This document shows, one piece after another, positions 18,270-29,795 of a stretch of DNA of 64,000 nt. Position numbers and translations under genes: made by a program. The stretch comes from Solirubrobacteraceae bacterium. Lineage in GTDB: Bacteria > Actinomycetota > Thermoleophilia > Solirubrobacterales > Solirubrobacteraceae. The notes below the pieces were generated by a model. It had not been told where the DNA came from, ran no database searches, and was given only the letters and a program-made list of their open reading frames with translations. Numbering within the stretch: the first letter of the stretch is position 1; every line of letters begins with the position of its first letter. Location of the stretch: the NCBI GenBank assembly GCA_039934455.1, contig JBDTMF010000001.1, positions 12,705 through 76,704 on the forward strand. Reading direction: 5' to 3'.

Positions 18270-19007
18270 ATGCCCCCGCGCGACTGGGACGCCGAGTCCT
18301 ACCAGCGCGTCTCGGCCCCGCTGGAGGCGATGGGGCGCGAGGTGCTCGATCGCCTCGAGCTGCGCGGCGACGAGCGCGTGCTCGACGCCGGCTGCGGCAC
18401 GGGCCGTGTGACGGCGGCGCTGCTCGAGCGGCTCCCGCGCGGCGAGGTCGTCGCGGTCGACGGCTCGCCCGCGATGGTCGCCGAGGCGCGCGAGCGGCTC
18501 GGGCCGGGCGTGGACGCGTTCGTCGCCGACCTCACCGAGCTCGAGCTCTCCGCGCCGGTCGACGCGATCCTCTCGACCGCGACGTTCCACTGGATCGCGG
18601 ATCACCACCGCCTCTTCGAGCACCTGTTCGCCGCCCTGAAGCCGGGCGGCCGCCTCGTCGCCCAGTGCGGCGGCGAGGGCAACGTCGCCAGCGTGCAGGC
18701 GGCGATCGACGCGGTGGACGAGCCCGCCCTCAGGGGCTGGGCCGGGCCGTGGAACTTCGCCTCGCCGGCGGGGACCGCGGAGCGGCTCGAGCGGATCGGC
18801 TTCACGGACGTCAAGACGTGGCCGCAGAGCGTGCGCGTCGAGCCCGAGAACCCGCGCGAGTACCTCGGCACCGTGATGCTCGGCTCGCACCTCGAGCGCG
18901 TCCCGCCCGAGCGCCGCGACGGCTTCGTCGAGGCCGTGCTCGCGGCGATGCCCGAGCCCGCGATCGAGTACGTGCGGCTCAACCTGCTCGCCCAGCGGCC
19001 TCGCTGA
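18270..19007 (+). CDS. Class I SAM-dependent methyltransferase (trans-aconitate methyltransferase-like)
   Basis: VLDAGCGTGRVTAALLERLP...ALKPGGRLV. Starts immediately after the pth stop. Confidence 0.8.
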   Translation: MPPRDWDAESYQRVSAPLEAMGREVLDRLELRGDERVLDAGCGTGRVTAALLERLPRGEVVAVDGSPAMVAEARERLGPGVDAFVADLTELELSAPVDAILSTATFHWIADHHRLFEHLFAALKPGGRLVAQCGGEGNVASVQAAIDAVDEPALRGWAGPWNFASPAGTAERLERIGFTDVKTWPQSVRVEPENPREYLGTVMLGSHLERVPPERRDGFVEAVLAAMPEPAIEYVRLNLLAQRPR

Positions 19008-19046
19008 CGCTCAACCCGGCCGCCGCGGGGGCCGACATAGGAACCC

Positions 19047-19670
19047 ATGGGGCTGCACCTGCGACGACGTCGCAAGCTCGAGGCTGTGCCCACGGCGGCC
19101 GTGCCACCGGCCAACGGGGACGCCCCGTGCCTCGACGACTACAGCCGCCGCTGGGCGACGCAGCCGATCGCGGGCCGCTTCGTCGACTGGGCGGCCGCGG
19201 CGCACCACGCCGGCTTCGGCGAGGCGTTCTGCGGCGTCTGGCGCGCTGATGACCCGCTGACGCCGCTCGACCGCTTCGCGATCGGGCCGGCGGGCATGCT
19301 CGCCGCGAACCTCTCCCTGCGCCGCCTCGAGCTGATCCCGATGCTGGCCGAGCGCCGGCTGCCGGGCCCCCGCCTGATGGCCCGCGCCGACGACGTGACG
19401 CTGCTGCTGGCCGAGGAGCGGGTGGGCGAGGGGTTCCACCTGCACGCCGGGGTCAGCGAGACGGCGTGGTTCGTCCACGCCTTCGGCGTCGGCCCGATCC
19501 CCGAGCTTCCCGCGACCGAGCCCGGCTCGGCGTCGCTCGGCGACGCGCTCCAGCGGGTGCTCGACGACTGGGGTCCGGTCGACTGGTCCGCGGTGCCCGC
19601 GGCCGTGCCGCGGCGCCTGTTCGACACCCTCGCCTGGGCGCTCGAGCCCAGCGTGCCGGCGGCTTCGTAG
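19047..19670 (+). CDS. Hypothetical protein
   Basis: 207-aa ORF with GC3 bias. No motif recognised. Confidence 0.5.
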   Translation: MGLHLRRRRKLEAVPTAAVPPANGDAPCLDDYSRRWATQPIAGRFVDWAAAAHHAGFGEAFCGVWRADDPLTPLDRFAIGPAGMLAANLSLRRLELIPMLAERRLPGPRLMARADDVTLLLAEERVGEGFHLHAGVSETAWFVHAFGVGPIPELPATEPGSASLGDALQRVLDDWGPVDWSAVPAAVPRRLFDTLAWALEPSVPAAS

Positions 19671-19729
19671 ACTCGTGTGAGCAGGTCCCGGCCGCGCTGC
19701 GCGCGGTCGCTCGGCATGCACGTCCATCG

Positions 19730-22700
19730 ATGTCACTCCGCCCTCTCCTCCGTCATCTCGAGCACCATCCCGACGCCCCCGCGCTCGACGAGCCCGGGGC
19801 GCGCGCGTTCGTCTCGCAGTCGCTGCGCCCGTTCCTGATCGCCGCGGTCGCCGACCGCGACGTGCGCCGCCCCACGATCGTGGTGGCGGGCGACGACCGT
19901 GCCGCGCGCGACCTCGCGGCCGACCTGCGCGCCTGGCTGCGGCCGCGGGCCGTGCGCTTCTACCCCAGCCGCGGCGTCGCCTACGAGTCGCACCTCTCAC
20001 CGCCGGCGCATCTGGTCGGGCTCCGCGTGGCCGCGCTGGACGCCGTGCTCGAATGTAACGTCGCCGAAGGCGGGTTCGACGGAGTCAACTCGCCTGGCAG
20101 GCGAAACCTTCATCAGGAGGCTCCCGTCGTCGTCGTCTCCGCCGTCGCGCTGTCGGAGAAGGTGCCCGATCCCGAGCTGCGCCCGCACGGCTTCGCGCTC
20201 GAGGTCGGCGAGCTGCTCGACCTCGACGAGACCCTCGGCAAGCTCGTCGCGGCAGGCTACGAGCGCGTCGACCAGGTCGAGGACCGCGGGCAGTTCGCGG
20301 CTCGCGGCGGGCTGCTCGACATCTACCCGGCCACCGAGGAGCGCGCGGTCCGCGTCGAGCTCTTCGACATCGAGATCGAGTCGCTGCGCTGGTTCTCCAC
20401 CTTCACCCAGCGCTCGCTGGGGGAGGCCCAGCGGGTCGAGATCGCCCCGGCCGCCGAGCTCGCCCCCGAGCACCGGGAGCTGGCCGAGATCGCCGCGCTC
20501 GAGGACGCCGACAACCGTCCCGACGTGGCCGAGTTGCTGCCCGTCGACCGCTTCCGCGAGCTGCTCGACCTCTTCCCCGAGCACACCGACGTGGTGATCG
20601 CCGCCGACGAGGACGTCGCGCCGGCGCTGCGCGACCACTGGGATGACGTCTGCGCCGCCTTCCACGACACCGACGCGCACGACCTCTATGTCGCGCCGCC
20701 CGCGATCGTGGCGTCGCTCGAGGCGCGCAAGCCGCTGCGGCTGTCCTCGATCTCGGGTTCGCAGCCGCTCGAGTTCCGCGCGCAGGCGGCCGAGTTCGCC
20801 GCACGCTCGCTCAACGAGGCCGAGCCTGAGCTCGAGAAGCTCACCCGCTCGGGCTACACGACGCTCGTCACCTGGCCGCAGCGCGGCCAGGGCGAGCGCG
20901 CCGCCTACAACCTGCAGCGCCTGCGGGCGGGCTGGAAGCCGGAGGACGGCGGGCTCGTGTTCGCGGAGGCCAACCTCCGCGACGGCTTCGTCTGCCCGCC
21001 GATGCAGCTCGCGGCGATCCCCGAGCACCGGCTGATCCACCGCCGCGGCCGCGCCGAGCGGCCGACCCGCCGCGGCCGCGGGCTGCTGCGCTCGTTCGCC
21101 GACCTGCGCACGGGCGACATCGTCGTCCACGAGGACCACGGCCTGGCGCGCTTTGCCGGCTTCGACACGAAGACCGTCGCCGGGGTCACGCGCGACTATC
21201 TCGACCTCGAGTTCCAGGGCTCCGACCGCGTCTTCATGCCGGTCGACCAGCTCGCGAAGATCTCGCGCTACGTCGGCGCCGGCGGCGACCACCCGCCGCT
21301 CTCCAAGCTCGGCGGGACGCGCTGGGACACGATGAAGGCGCGCGCCCGCCGCGCCGCCCAGGAGCAGGCCGCCGAGCTGCTCAACCTCTACGCCGAGCGC
21401 CGCCACCGGCGCGGCTTCGCGTTCCCGCCCGACTCGGACTGGCTGCGCGACTTCGAGGTCGCCTTCCCCTACACGGAGACGCGCGACCAGCGCGAGGCGA
21501 TCGAGCAGGTCAAGTGGGACATGGAGGCCGAGCGTCCGATGGATCGGCTGATCTGCGGGGACGTCGGCTACGGCAAGACGGAGGTCGCGCTGCGCGCCGC
21601 CTTCAAGGCCGCCAACGCCGGCAAGCAGGTGCTGATGCTGGTGCCGACGACGATCCTCGCCCAGCAGCACTTCGGCACCTTCACCGAGCGCCTGCGCGAC
21701 TACCCGTTCACGATCGAGCACGTCTCGCGCTTCCGCGCCCCGGCCGACCAGCGCGCCGCCGTCAAGCGGTTCTCGGAGGGGAAGGCGGACATCCTCATCG
21801 GCACGCACCGGCTGCTCTCGCGCGACGTGCGCGCGAAGGACCTCGGGCTGCTGATCGTCGACGAGGAGCAGCGCTTCGGGGTCAAGCAGAAGGACCTGCT
21901 GCGCCAGCTGCGCCTGAAGGTCGACGTGATCTCGATGAGTGCCACGCCGATCCCGCGCACGCTGCAGATGTCGCTCGCGGGCGTTCGCGACATCTCCGTG
22001 ATCGAGACGCCGCCCGAGGGCCGGCGTCCGGTCAAGACCTACGTCGGCGAGTACGACGAGGGCCTGGTCAAGCAGGCGCTCGAGCGCGAGAAGGCGCGCG
22101 GCGGCCAGGCGTTCTTCCTGCACAACCGCATCGAGGACATCGACGAGACGGCGGAGCGCCTGCGGGCGCTGTGTCCGGGCATGTCGTTCGCCGTGGCCCA
22201 CGGGCAGATGGACGAGAAGCAGCTCGAGGAGCGCATGATGGACTTCCTGCGCGGCGCGGCCGACGTGCTCGTCTCGACCTCGATCATCGAGTCGGGCATC
22301 GACATCCCGCAGGCCAACACCCTGATCGTCGAGCGCTCCGACATCTTCGGCCTGTCGCAGCTCTACCAGATCCGCGGCCGCGTGGGCCGCTCTCGCGAGC
22401 GGGCCTACGCGTATCTGCTCTACCCCAGCGCGGGCGCGCTGACGGAGGAGGCCGCGAACCGGCTGTCGGCGCTCTCGGACTACACGGAGCTCGGCTCCGG
22501 CTTCAAGATCGCGATGCGCGACCTCGAGCTGCGCGGCGCGGGCAACCTGCTCGGCGACGAGCAGTCCGGCCACGTGGCGGCGCTCGGCTTCGAGCTCTAC
22601 ATGCAGATGCTCGACGAGGCGGTGCGTTCGATGGGCGACGGCGCCGTCGACGAGGAGGACCTGCGCGAGCCCGTGCGCCTTGACGTCAACGTCGACGCCT

Positions 22701-23110
22701 ACATCCCGGTCGAGTACATCCCTTACGAGCAGGCCAAGGTCGACGTCCACCGGCGCATCGCGGGCGCCCGTGAGGTGGCCGAGCTGGCCGAATTGCGCGC
22801 CGAGCTCAGCGATCGGTTCGGGGAGCCTCCGGAGCCGCTCGAGAACCTGCTAGTGCTCCAGCAGGCGCGCATCAAGCTCGGCCAGGCCGGGGCGACGACG
22901 GTCACGTTCCGCCAGGGCCGGCTCGCGGTCACGCCGATCGAGCTCGACTCGGTGCGGGCCAAGAAGCTGCGCGCGCAGATCCCCGGCGCGCTGTACGAAT
23001 CGGGCAAGTCGCAGCTCTCGATGCGGGTGCCGGACGACCCCGCGGAGCGCTTCCCGGCGGTCGTGCGGGCGGCAGATGCGCTGCTCGCGGTGCAGGGCGA
23101 AGCCGCGTGA
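19730..23110 (+). CDS. mfd: Transcription-repair coupling factor
   Basis: ATG 19730 within ORF 19466..23110. ...DRLICGDVGYGKTEVALRAAF... (Walker A), LLIVDEEQRFG (DEEQ box), SATPIPRTL, helicase C motifs, C-terminal TRCF domain. Confidence 0.95.
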   Translation: MSLRPLLRHLEHHPDAPALDEPGARAFVSQSLRPFLIAAVADRDVRRPTIVVAGDDRAARDLAADLRAWLRPRAVRFYPSRGVAYESHLSPPAHLVGLRVAALDAVLECNVAEGGFDGVNSPGRRNLHQEAPVVVVSAVALSEKVPDPELRPHGFALEVGELLDLDETLGKLVAAGYERVDQVEDRGQFAARGGLLDIYPATEERAVRVELFDIEIESLRWFSTFTQRSLGEAQRVEIAPAAELAPEHRELAEIAALEDADNRPDVAELLPVDRFRELLDLFPEHTDVVIAADEDVAPALRDHWDDVCAAFHDTDAHDLYVAPPAIVASLEARKPLRLSSISGSQPLEFRAQAAEFAARSLNEAEPELEKLTRSGYTTLVTWPQRGQGERAAYNLQRLRAGWKPEDGGLVFAEANLRDGFVCPPMQLAAIPEHRLIHRRGRAERPTRRGRGLLRSFADLRTGDIVVHEDHGLARFAGFDTKTVAGVTRDYLDLEFQGSDRVFMPVDQLAKISRYVGAGGDHPPLSKLGGTRWDTMKARARRAAQEQAAELLNLYAERRHRRGFAFPPDSDWLRDFEVAFPYTETRDQREAIEQVKWDMEAERPMDRLICGDVGYGKTEVALRAAFKAANAGKQVLMLVPTTILAQQHFGTFTERLRDYPFTIEHVSRFRAPADQRAAVKRFSEGKADILIGTHRLLSRDVRAKDLGLLIVDEEQRFGVKQKDLLRQLRLKVDVISMSATPIPRTLQMSLAGVRDISVIETPPEGRRPVKTYVGEYDEGLVKQALEREKARGGQAFFLHNRIEDIDETAERLRALCPGMSFAVAHGQMDEKQLEERMMDFLRGAADVLVSTSIIESGIDIPQANTLIVERSDIFGLSQLYQIRGRVGRSRERAYAYLLYPSAGALTEEAANRLSALSDYTELGSGFKIAMRDLELRGAGNLLGDEQSGHVAALGFELYMQMLDEAVRSMGDGAVDEEDLREPVRLDVNVDAYIPVEYIPYEQAKVDVHRRIAGAREVAELAELRAELSDRFGEPPEPLENLLVLQQARIKLGQAGATTVTFRQGRLAVTPIELDSVRAKKLRAQIPGALYESGKSQLSMRVPDDPAERFPAVVRAADALLAVQGEAA

Positions 23111-23157
23111 CCTCTTAGACAATGTTGAGAAGACACCCGCTACCCTCGGTTCGCGTG

Positions 23158-24314
23158 ATGAAAAAGAGACTGCTTTGGCTGGCGCTCGGCGCCTTTTTTG
23201 TGCCCGCATCCATCGTTGCCGGGTGCGGCGGGGTGCCTGGCAACGCCGTCGCGACCGTCGACGGCACCTCGATCGAGAAGGCTTCGTTCGACCACTGGCT
23301 GACCGTCGCCTCCCGCTCCGGCGGCCAGGCTGCGGCGGCGGCGCCCAAGCCGCCCAGCTTCACGGAGTGCGTGAAGCAGAAGCGCAAGACCACGCCGGCG
23401 CCGGCCAAGGGCCAGCCCAAGGTGACCGACGCTGCGCTCAAGAAGCAGTGCAAGCAGGAGTACGGTGCGCTGCGTGACCAGGTCATGCAGCTGCTCGTGT
23501 CCTTCCAGTGGATCGAGGGTGAGGCGAAGGAGCAGAACATCAAGGTCTCCGACAAGGAGATCCAGACGACCTTCGACAAGCAGAAGAAGCAGGCGTTCCC
23601 CAAGGCCGCCGACTTCACGAAGTTCCTCAAGGACTCCGGCCAGACCGAGAAGGACATCCTCAAGCGCGTGCGCCTGGACACCCTCTCCAACAAGATCCGC
23701 GAGAAGGTCACCAAGGGCAAGGACAAGGTCTCCGACGCCGAGATCTCGACCTACTACAACAAGAACAAGGCGCGCTTCGCGCAGCCCGAGCGGCGCGACC
23801 TCCGGATCGTCCTGACCAAGGGCGCGGCCAAGGCGGCGCAGGCCAAGAAGGCGATCCAGGGCGGCCAGGCCTTCGCGAAGGTGGCCAAGAAGTTCTCGAT
23901 CGACCAGGCCTCGAAGGCGCAGGGCGGCAAGCTCCCGGCGGTCGCCAAGGGCCAGCAGGAGAAGGCCCTCGACACGGCGATCTTCAAGGCCAAGAAGGGC
24001 CAGCTCACCGGCCCGGTCAAGACCCAGTTCGGCTACTACGTCTTCGAGGTCACGAAGGTGACCGCCGCGTCCCAGCAGACGCTGGCCCAGGCCAAGGCCA
24101 CCATCAAGCAGACCCTCGCGTCCCAGAACCAGCAGAAGGCGCTGGACAAGTTCGTCAAGTCCTTCCGCAAGCGCTGGAAGGCCAAGACGGACTGCGCCGA
24201 CGCCTACCGGACGCAGGACTGCAAGAACGCGCCGAAGGCCACGCCGACGCCGACCGCCACGGCCCCCGCCGGCGCGACCCCGGCTCCGGCTCAGCCCACG
24301 GCCACACCCGCCAA

Positions 24315-24318
<4 letters not shown>
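23158..24318 (+). CDS. PrsA/SurA-like parvulin peptidyl-prolyl isomerase lipoprotein
   Basis: MKKRLLWLALGAFFVPASIVAGC lipobox. Parvulin core ...RDLRIVL...FAKVAKKFSIDQASKAQGGKL...GQLTGPVKTQFGYYVFEV. Confidence 0.85.
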
Positions 24319-26371
<2,053 letters not shown>

Positions 26372-26427
26372 CTGGGCGGGCCGTTGCACAGGAAGGACGA
26401 GTCGCGTGTTGAACGAAGCGGCAACGG

Positions 26428-26730
26428 ATGGCCGCCGCGCACACCCGCATCCGCTGGGACCGGTTGGGCCGGTGGGCGCTCCTGTTCGTCCTCGCCCTCC
26501 TGATCTACCTCTACATCGGCCCTGCCCGGACGTGGGTGTCGACCTGGAGGGAGGCGGGCCAGAAACGCGAGGAGGTCGCCACGCTGCGGACCGAGAACGA
26601 CCGGCTGAAGGCCCGCCGCGACGATCTCAAGCGCGCGTCGGCGCTGGAGCGCGAGGCGCGCCGGCTCGGCATGGTCAAGGCCGGCGAGCGCGCCTACATC
26701 ATCGAAGACCTTCCCAAGCCCAGCCGCTAG
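26428..26730 (+). CDS. ftsB: Septum formation initiator FtsB/DivIC-family protein
   Basis: 100 aa. N-terminal TM then a coiled coil ...EVATLRTENDRLKARRDDLK...EREARRLGMVKAGERAYII. Conserved position after eno. Confidence 0.85.
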   Translation: MAAAHTRIRWDRLGRWALLFVLALLIYLYIGPARTWVSTWREAGQKREEVATLRTENDRLKARRDDLKRASALEREARRLGMVKAGERAYIIEDLPKPSR

Positions 26731-27044
26731 GCCCGGCGCCGGCCGCCCGCGTAGTCCGTCGCCTCGCGCAGATACCGCCCGAAGGCGGCGTCGGCGACGA
26801 TCCTCACGTCCCAGGCGTAGGACTGGTCGGGAGCGGCGGCGTAGGCGACGTCGGAGCACCAGTCGGTGCCCCGGTCGTAGAGCTCGACGAGCTCCTCCGA
26901 GGTGAACGGCCCGCCGAGGCGGCGCCGCAGGTCGGCCTCGATGCGCCGCGTCACGGCCTCGAGCACATCGCGCTGGTCGGCGGGCGCCTCCGCGAGGAGG
27001 CGCAGCCCGGCGGCCCACTGGTCGGTGGCGGTGTCGTAGGGCAC
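26727..27044 (-). CDS. Hypothetical protein
   Basis: 105 aa, GC3 bias. Last gene of a three-gene minus-strand run. Its stop shares a CTAG with the ftsB stop. Confidence 0.5.
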   Translation of the reverse strand: MPYDTATDQWAAGLRLLAEAPADQRDVLEAVTRRIEADLRRRLGGPFTSEELVELYDRGTDWCSDVAYAAAPDQSYAWDVRIVADAAFGRYLREATDYAGGRRRA

Positions 27045-27054
27045 CGCGTTGAGG

Positions 27055-27831
27055 CTACCCGGGCTTGCGCGTGAACGATCGGTACTCGTCCACGGTCTCG
27101 AAGCCCAGCCGCTCGTAGAGCCGCTGTGGCCAGTCGTCGGCGTCGGCCATGATCATGATCAGCTCGTCGCCGCGCCCCTGGGCGGCTGCGATCGCTGCGC
27201 GGACGACCGCGCTCGCCAGCCCCGCGCCGCGGTAGGGCTTGGCGGTGTAGACCTCCTCGACCTGGCCGACGCCGTCGCCGTCGCCGGGGAGCAGCATGCA
27301 GCAGGCGGCCGGCGCGCCGTCGCGGTCGGTGAGGAAGAAGCGGGCGCCGCTCGTGAGCGCCGTGTCGGCGTCGGCGTCGGCGAGGTCGCGCGCCTCGGCC
27401 GAGCTCATCGCCTCGCCGTACCACTGCTCCATCAGGTCCCGCACCGCCGGGAACTCGACCTCGGACACCTCCGCCGGCGCCTCGCCGCGCCGGTCGGCGC
27501 CGCGGCGCAGCAGCATGACGACGACCCGCTCGGCGGTCCAGCCCGCCGCCTTGAAGCCCCCGGCGAGCGGCTCGCCCCCGCGGTGGATCTCCACCTTGCG
27601 GTGACGTAGCCCGGCCGGCGCCTGCAGCCGCTCCGACTCCGCGATCAGGGTTTCGGCCGACGTCCCCGCCGCGTCGTCGACGACGAGCAGGTTGAGGTCC
27701 CACTTCGTCGGGTGCGCGGGCGTGAAGTACGCCGCGCCGTGCGCGAACCGCTCGGCCCGGCTGGTGCTGCGCTCGAATAACGCCCGGCGGTGTGCGCGCA
27801 GGCGCGCGAGGTCAGTCGTCGTCCCCGCCAC
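27055..27831 (-). CDS. GNAT-family N-acetyltransferase
   Basis: C-terminal ...VYTAKPYRGAGLASAVVRAAIAAAQGRGDELIMIMADADDWPQRLYERLGFE (acetyl-CoA binding motif A). Confidence 0.8.
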   Translation of the reverse strand: MAGTTTDLARLRAHRRALFERSTSRAERFAHGAAYFTPAHPTKWDLNLLVVDDAAGTSAETLIAESERLQAPAGLRHRKVEIHRGGEPLAGGFKAAGWTAERVVVMLLRRGADRRGEAPAEVSEVEFPAVRDLMEQWYGEAMSSAEARDLADADADTALTSGARFFLTDRDGAPAACCMLLPGDGDGVGQVEEVYTAKPYRGAGLASAVVRAAIAAAQGRGDELIMIMADADDWPQRLYERLGFETVDEYRSFTRKPG

Positions 27832-28378
27832 TGGCGCGACGGATGACGATCTGGTCTTCCTCGATGCTGACCTCGACGGGGCGGTGGCCCGCCCAGTGCT
27901 CAGCGTAGGTCGGGTTGTCCTCGACCGCGGGATCGAGCCACAGGCCGTAGCCCTCCTCGCCGTGGTCGAAGGTACCCTCGAACGATCCTGAGGCGTCCTC
28001 GCGGCGGGTGCGGCCCCCGCGGCGGGCGCGCTTCTTGGGCGCGGGCTTCTTCTCGTCGTCGTCCTCGTCGGGCTCGGCGTCCTCGTCGGCGGCGCGCTTG
28101 GCGGCCTCCTCGGCGAACTTGGCCTCCTCCTCGGCGCGACGCGCCGCCTCGGCCTCGAGCTCGGCGGCGATCGCGGCGTCGTCTTCGGCGCGGAGGTCGA
28201 CCTCCTCGATCGGCTCGCCGGCGCTGTCGCCGTCGGCCTCGAGCTCGTTCTCGCGCTTGAAGGACTGGATCTGCTGCACGGTGACTTCGAGCTGGTGGGC
28301 GATCCACGCGTCGGTGCGGCCCTGCCGGACCCACCCGCGGATCTGGTTGAGCTGGGGGCGCAACGATCGACGACTCAT
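27812..28378 (-). CDS. Hypothetical protein with HTH-like N-terminus and highly acidic/charged middle
   Basis: ATG 28378 within ORF 27812..28585. MSRRSLRPQLNQIRGWVRQGRTDAWIAHQLEVTVQQIQSFKREN then Glu/Ala/Asp-rich and KKPAPKKRARRGG segments. Confidence 0.55.
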   Translation of the reverse strand: MSRRSLRPQLNQIRGWVRQGRTDAWIAHQLEVTVQQIQSFKRENELEADGDSAGEPIEEVDLRAEDDAAIAAELEAEAARRAEEEAKFAEEAAKRAADEDAEPDEDDDEKKPAPKKRARRGGRTRREDASGSFEGTFDHGEEGYGLWLDPAVEDNPTYAEHWAGHRPVEVSIEEDQIVIRRASGGDDD

Positions 28379-28560
28379 GGCGGGCCGGGACACTAGCGCA
28401 CGGCCGCGGACGCCAGTCAGGTGCAGGCCCCATTGGCTGTGTGGCGAAACTTCTCTAACCTCGGGACCATCAATGGTCCGGTGAGAGAATTTTGTTGGGT
28501 GAGGGGAGTATTCGTGGGGTACGGTCAGAACAACGCTCGACTCGGTAGGGAGACGGCGCC

Positions 28561-28797
28561 ATCCTCGTACTGACCCGTAAGTCAAATCAGTCCATCATGA
28601 TCGGCGACGACATCGAGGTGTCGGTCCTGTCGATCATGGGAGAGAAGGTCCGGATCGGCATCCAAGCGCCGAGGGACATCCCCGTGTTCCGGAAAGAGGT
28701 CTACCTGGAGATCCAACAGGAGAACCTCGCGGCCGGTGCCAATGCCCGGGCGGAGGTCGACGACGCGCTCAAGCGGCTGTCGTCGAAGGAAAAGTAG
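28561..28797 (+). CDS. csrA: Carbon storage regulator CsrA; conserved N-terminus requires initiation at ATC 28561
   Basis: 28561 onward reads [55 protein letters not shown]. In-frame TAG at 28546. GGGAGA sits 7 nt upstream of ATC. The ORF-track ATG 28597 would remove beta-strand 1. Confidence 0.85.
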   Translation: MLVLTRKSNQSIMIGDDIEVSVLSIMGEKVRIGIQAPRDIPVFRKEVYLEIQQENLAAGANARAEVDDALKRLSSKEK

Positions 28798-28930
28798 GCG
28801 CTTCAACTGCGCGAGGGTCCGGATTAGGGTTTCGCCTGCCAGGCGAGTCGACTCCGTCTAGGCGTGAGCTTCGGGTCCTTGCCGTTCGGAGGGCTGACTC
28901 CGTCGGACTCGCCTTCGGCGACGTTGGGTA

Positions 28931-29176
28931 TTAGCCCATCACGTAATACAGCGTCTCGAACATGGCGATCGTCACGATCACCGCGGTCGAGATGAGCGTG
29001 AGCAGGACCAGCCAGAAGCGCAGCGAGCCGCGCTTGTGGGCCTTCTCGCGATGGCGGACGCGGGTACGGCGGATCGCCTGCTGCTGCAGGCGTTCACGGC
29101 GTTCGCGGTCGGACTCGATCTCTTCGACGAACTGCGCCTCGATATCGGCCAGGCTCTGTCGCATGCGCATGGACAA
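28931..29176 (-). CDS. Hypothetical small tail-anchored membrane protein
   Basis: 81 aa. Charged coiled N-terminal part and a C-terminal TM FWLVLLTLISTAVIVTIAMF. Upstream of the nuclease gene on the same strand. Confidence 0.5.
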   Translation of the reverse strand: MSMRMRQSLADIEAQFVEEIESDRERRERLQQQAIRRTRVRHREKAHKRGSLRFWLVLLTLISTAVIVTIAMFETLYYVMG

Positions 29177-29186
29177 GGCGATGATC

Positions 29187-29735
29187 TTATGACGCCGGAC
29201 AAGCCGACCACAGTCCGCGGCCCGCGCGGCGGGCGGCGGAGGACAGCCGGCGGAAGTCCTCGGCGTGCGCGACGTTGGGCGGGATCGTCAGCGGCACGGC
29301 GTACCCCCGGCGCACCAGGGCGGCGTTGACGAAGCGCCCGTCGCGCGCCCGGTAGACGTAGGCGAGCAGCCGCCCGTAGCGGTCGCGCGCCTCGGCGTCG
29401 AGCACCAGCAGCACCCGCTCGCCGTCGACGAGGCGGTGATTGAACGCGCTGGCGCGCTTGGCGAAGCACTGGACGGGCGTGCCGGGCTTGACCGACTCCG
29501 GGGTGTCGACCCCGATGTAGCGGATCGTCTCGTCCCGGCCGTCGACCTGGACGTGGATGGTGTCGCCGTCGACGACGCGCAGGACCCGGCCGGCCGACCG
29601 CTGCCCGCGCTCGCGCGACCCGCCCGAGTCGTCGCCGGCCGTCGCGGTGTAGACCGCGACGGCGAGCACGACGAGCGCAGCGGTGACGAGCGCTCTGCGC
29701 GAGGCAGGGCGGCCGAGGAGACGGGCGCGCGACAT
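29187..29735 (-). CDS. Thermonuclease (staphylococcal nuclease-like) family protein
   Basis: N-terminal TM/signal. VVDGDTIHV...IRYIGVDTPES...RDRYGRLLAYVY...VNAALVRRGYA. Confidence 0.85.
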   Translation of the reverse strand: MSRARLLGRPASRRALVTAALVVLAVAVYTATAGDDSGGSRERGQRSAGRVLRVVDGDTIHVQVDGRDETIRYIGVDTPESVKPGTPVQCFAKRASAFNHRLVDGERVLLVLDAEARDRYGRLLAYVYRARDGRFVNAALVRRGYAVPLTIPPNVAHAEDFRRLSSAARRAGRGLWSACPAS

Positions 29736-29795
29736 GGGCGCCCGAAGCTACCCGGGCGCCCGGCGCCGCGGGCGAGATGTTGCAGTTTTGGTGCT

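Noticed and set aside
19997-22750. 917-aa ORF antisense to mfd. Likewise 40029..41927 - and 44541..47255 - antisense to the mce genes, and 58267..60240 - antisense to the RsbP-like/SDR genes.
   Set aside because: Same reasoning: the opposite-strand frames carry unambiguous Mfd, MlaD, PP2C and SDR motifs and GC3 periodicity. The antisense products are low-complexity.
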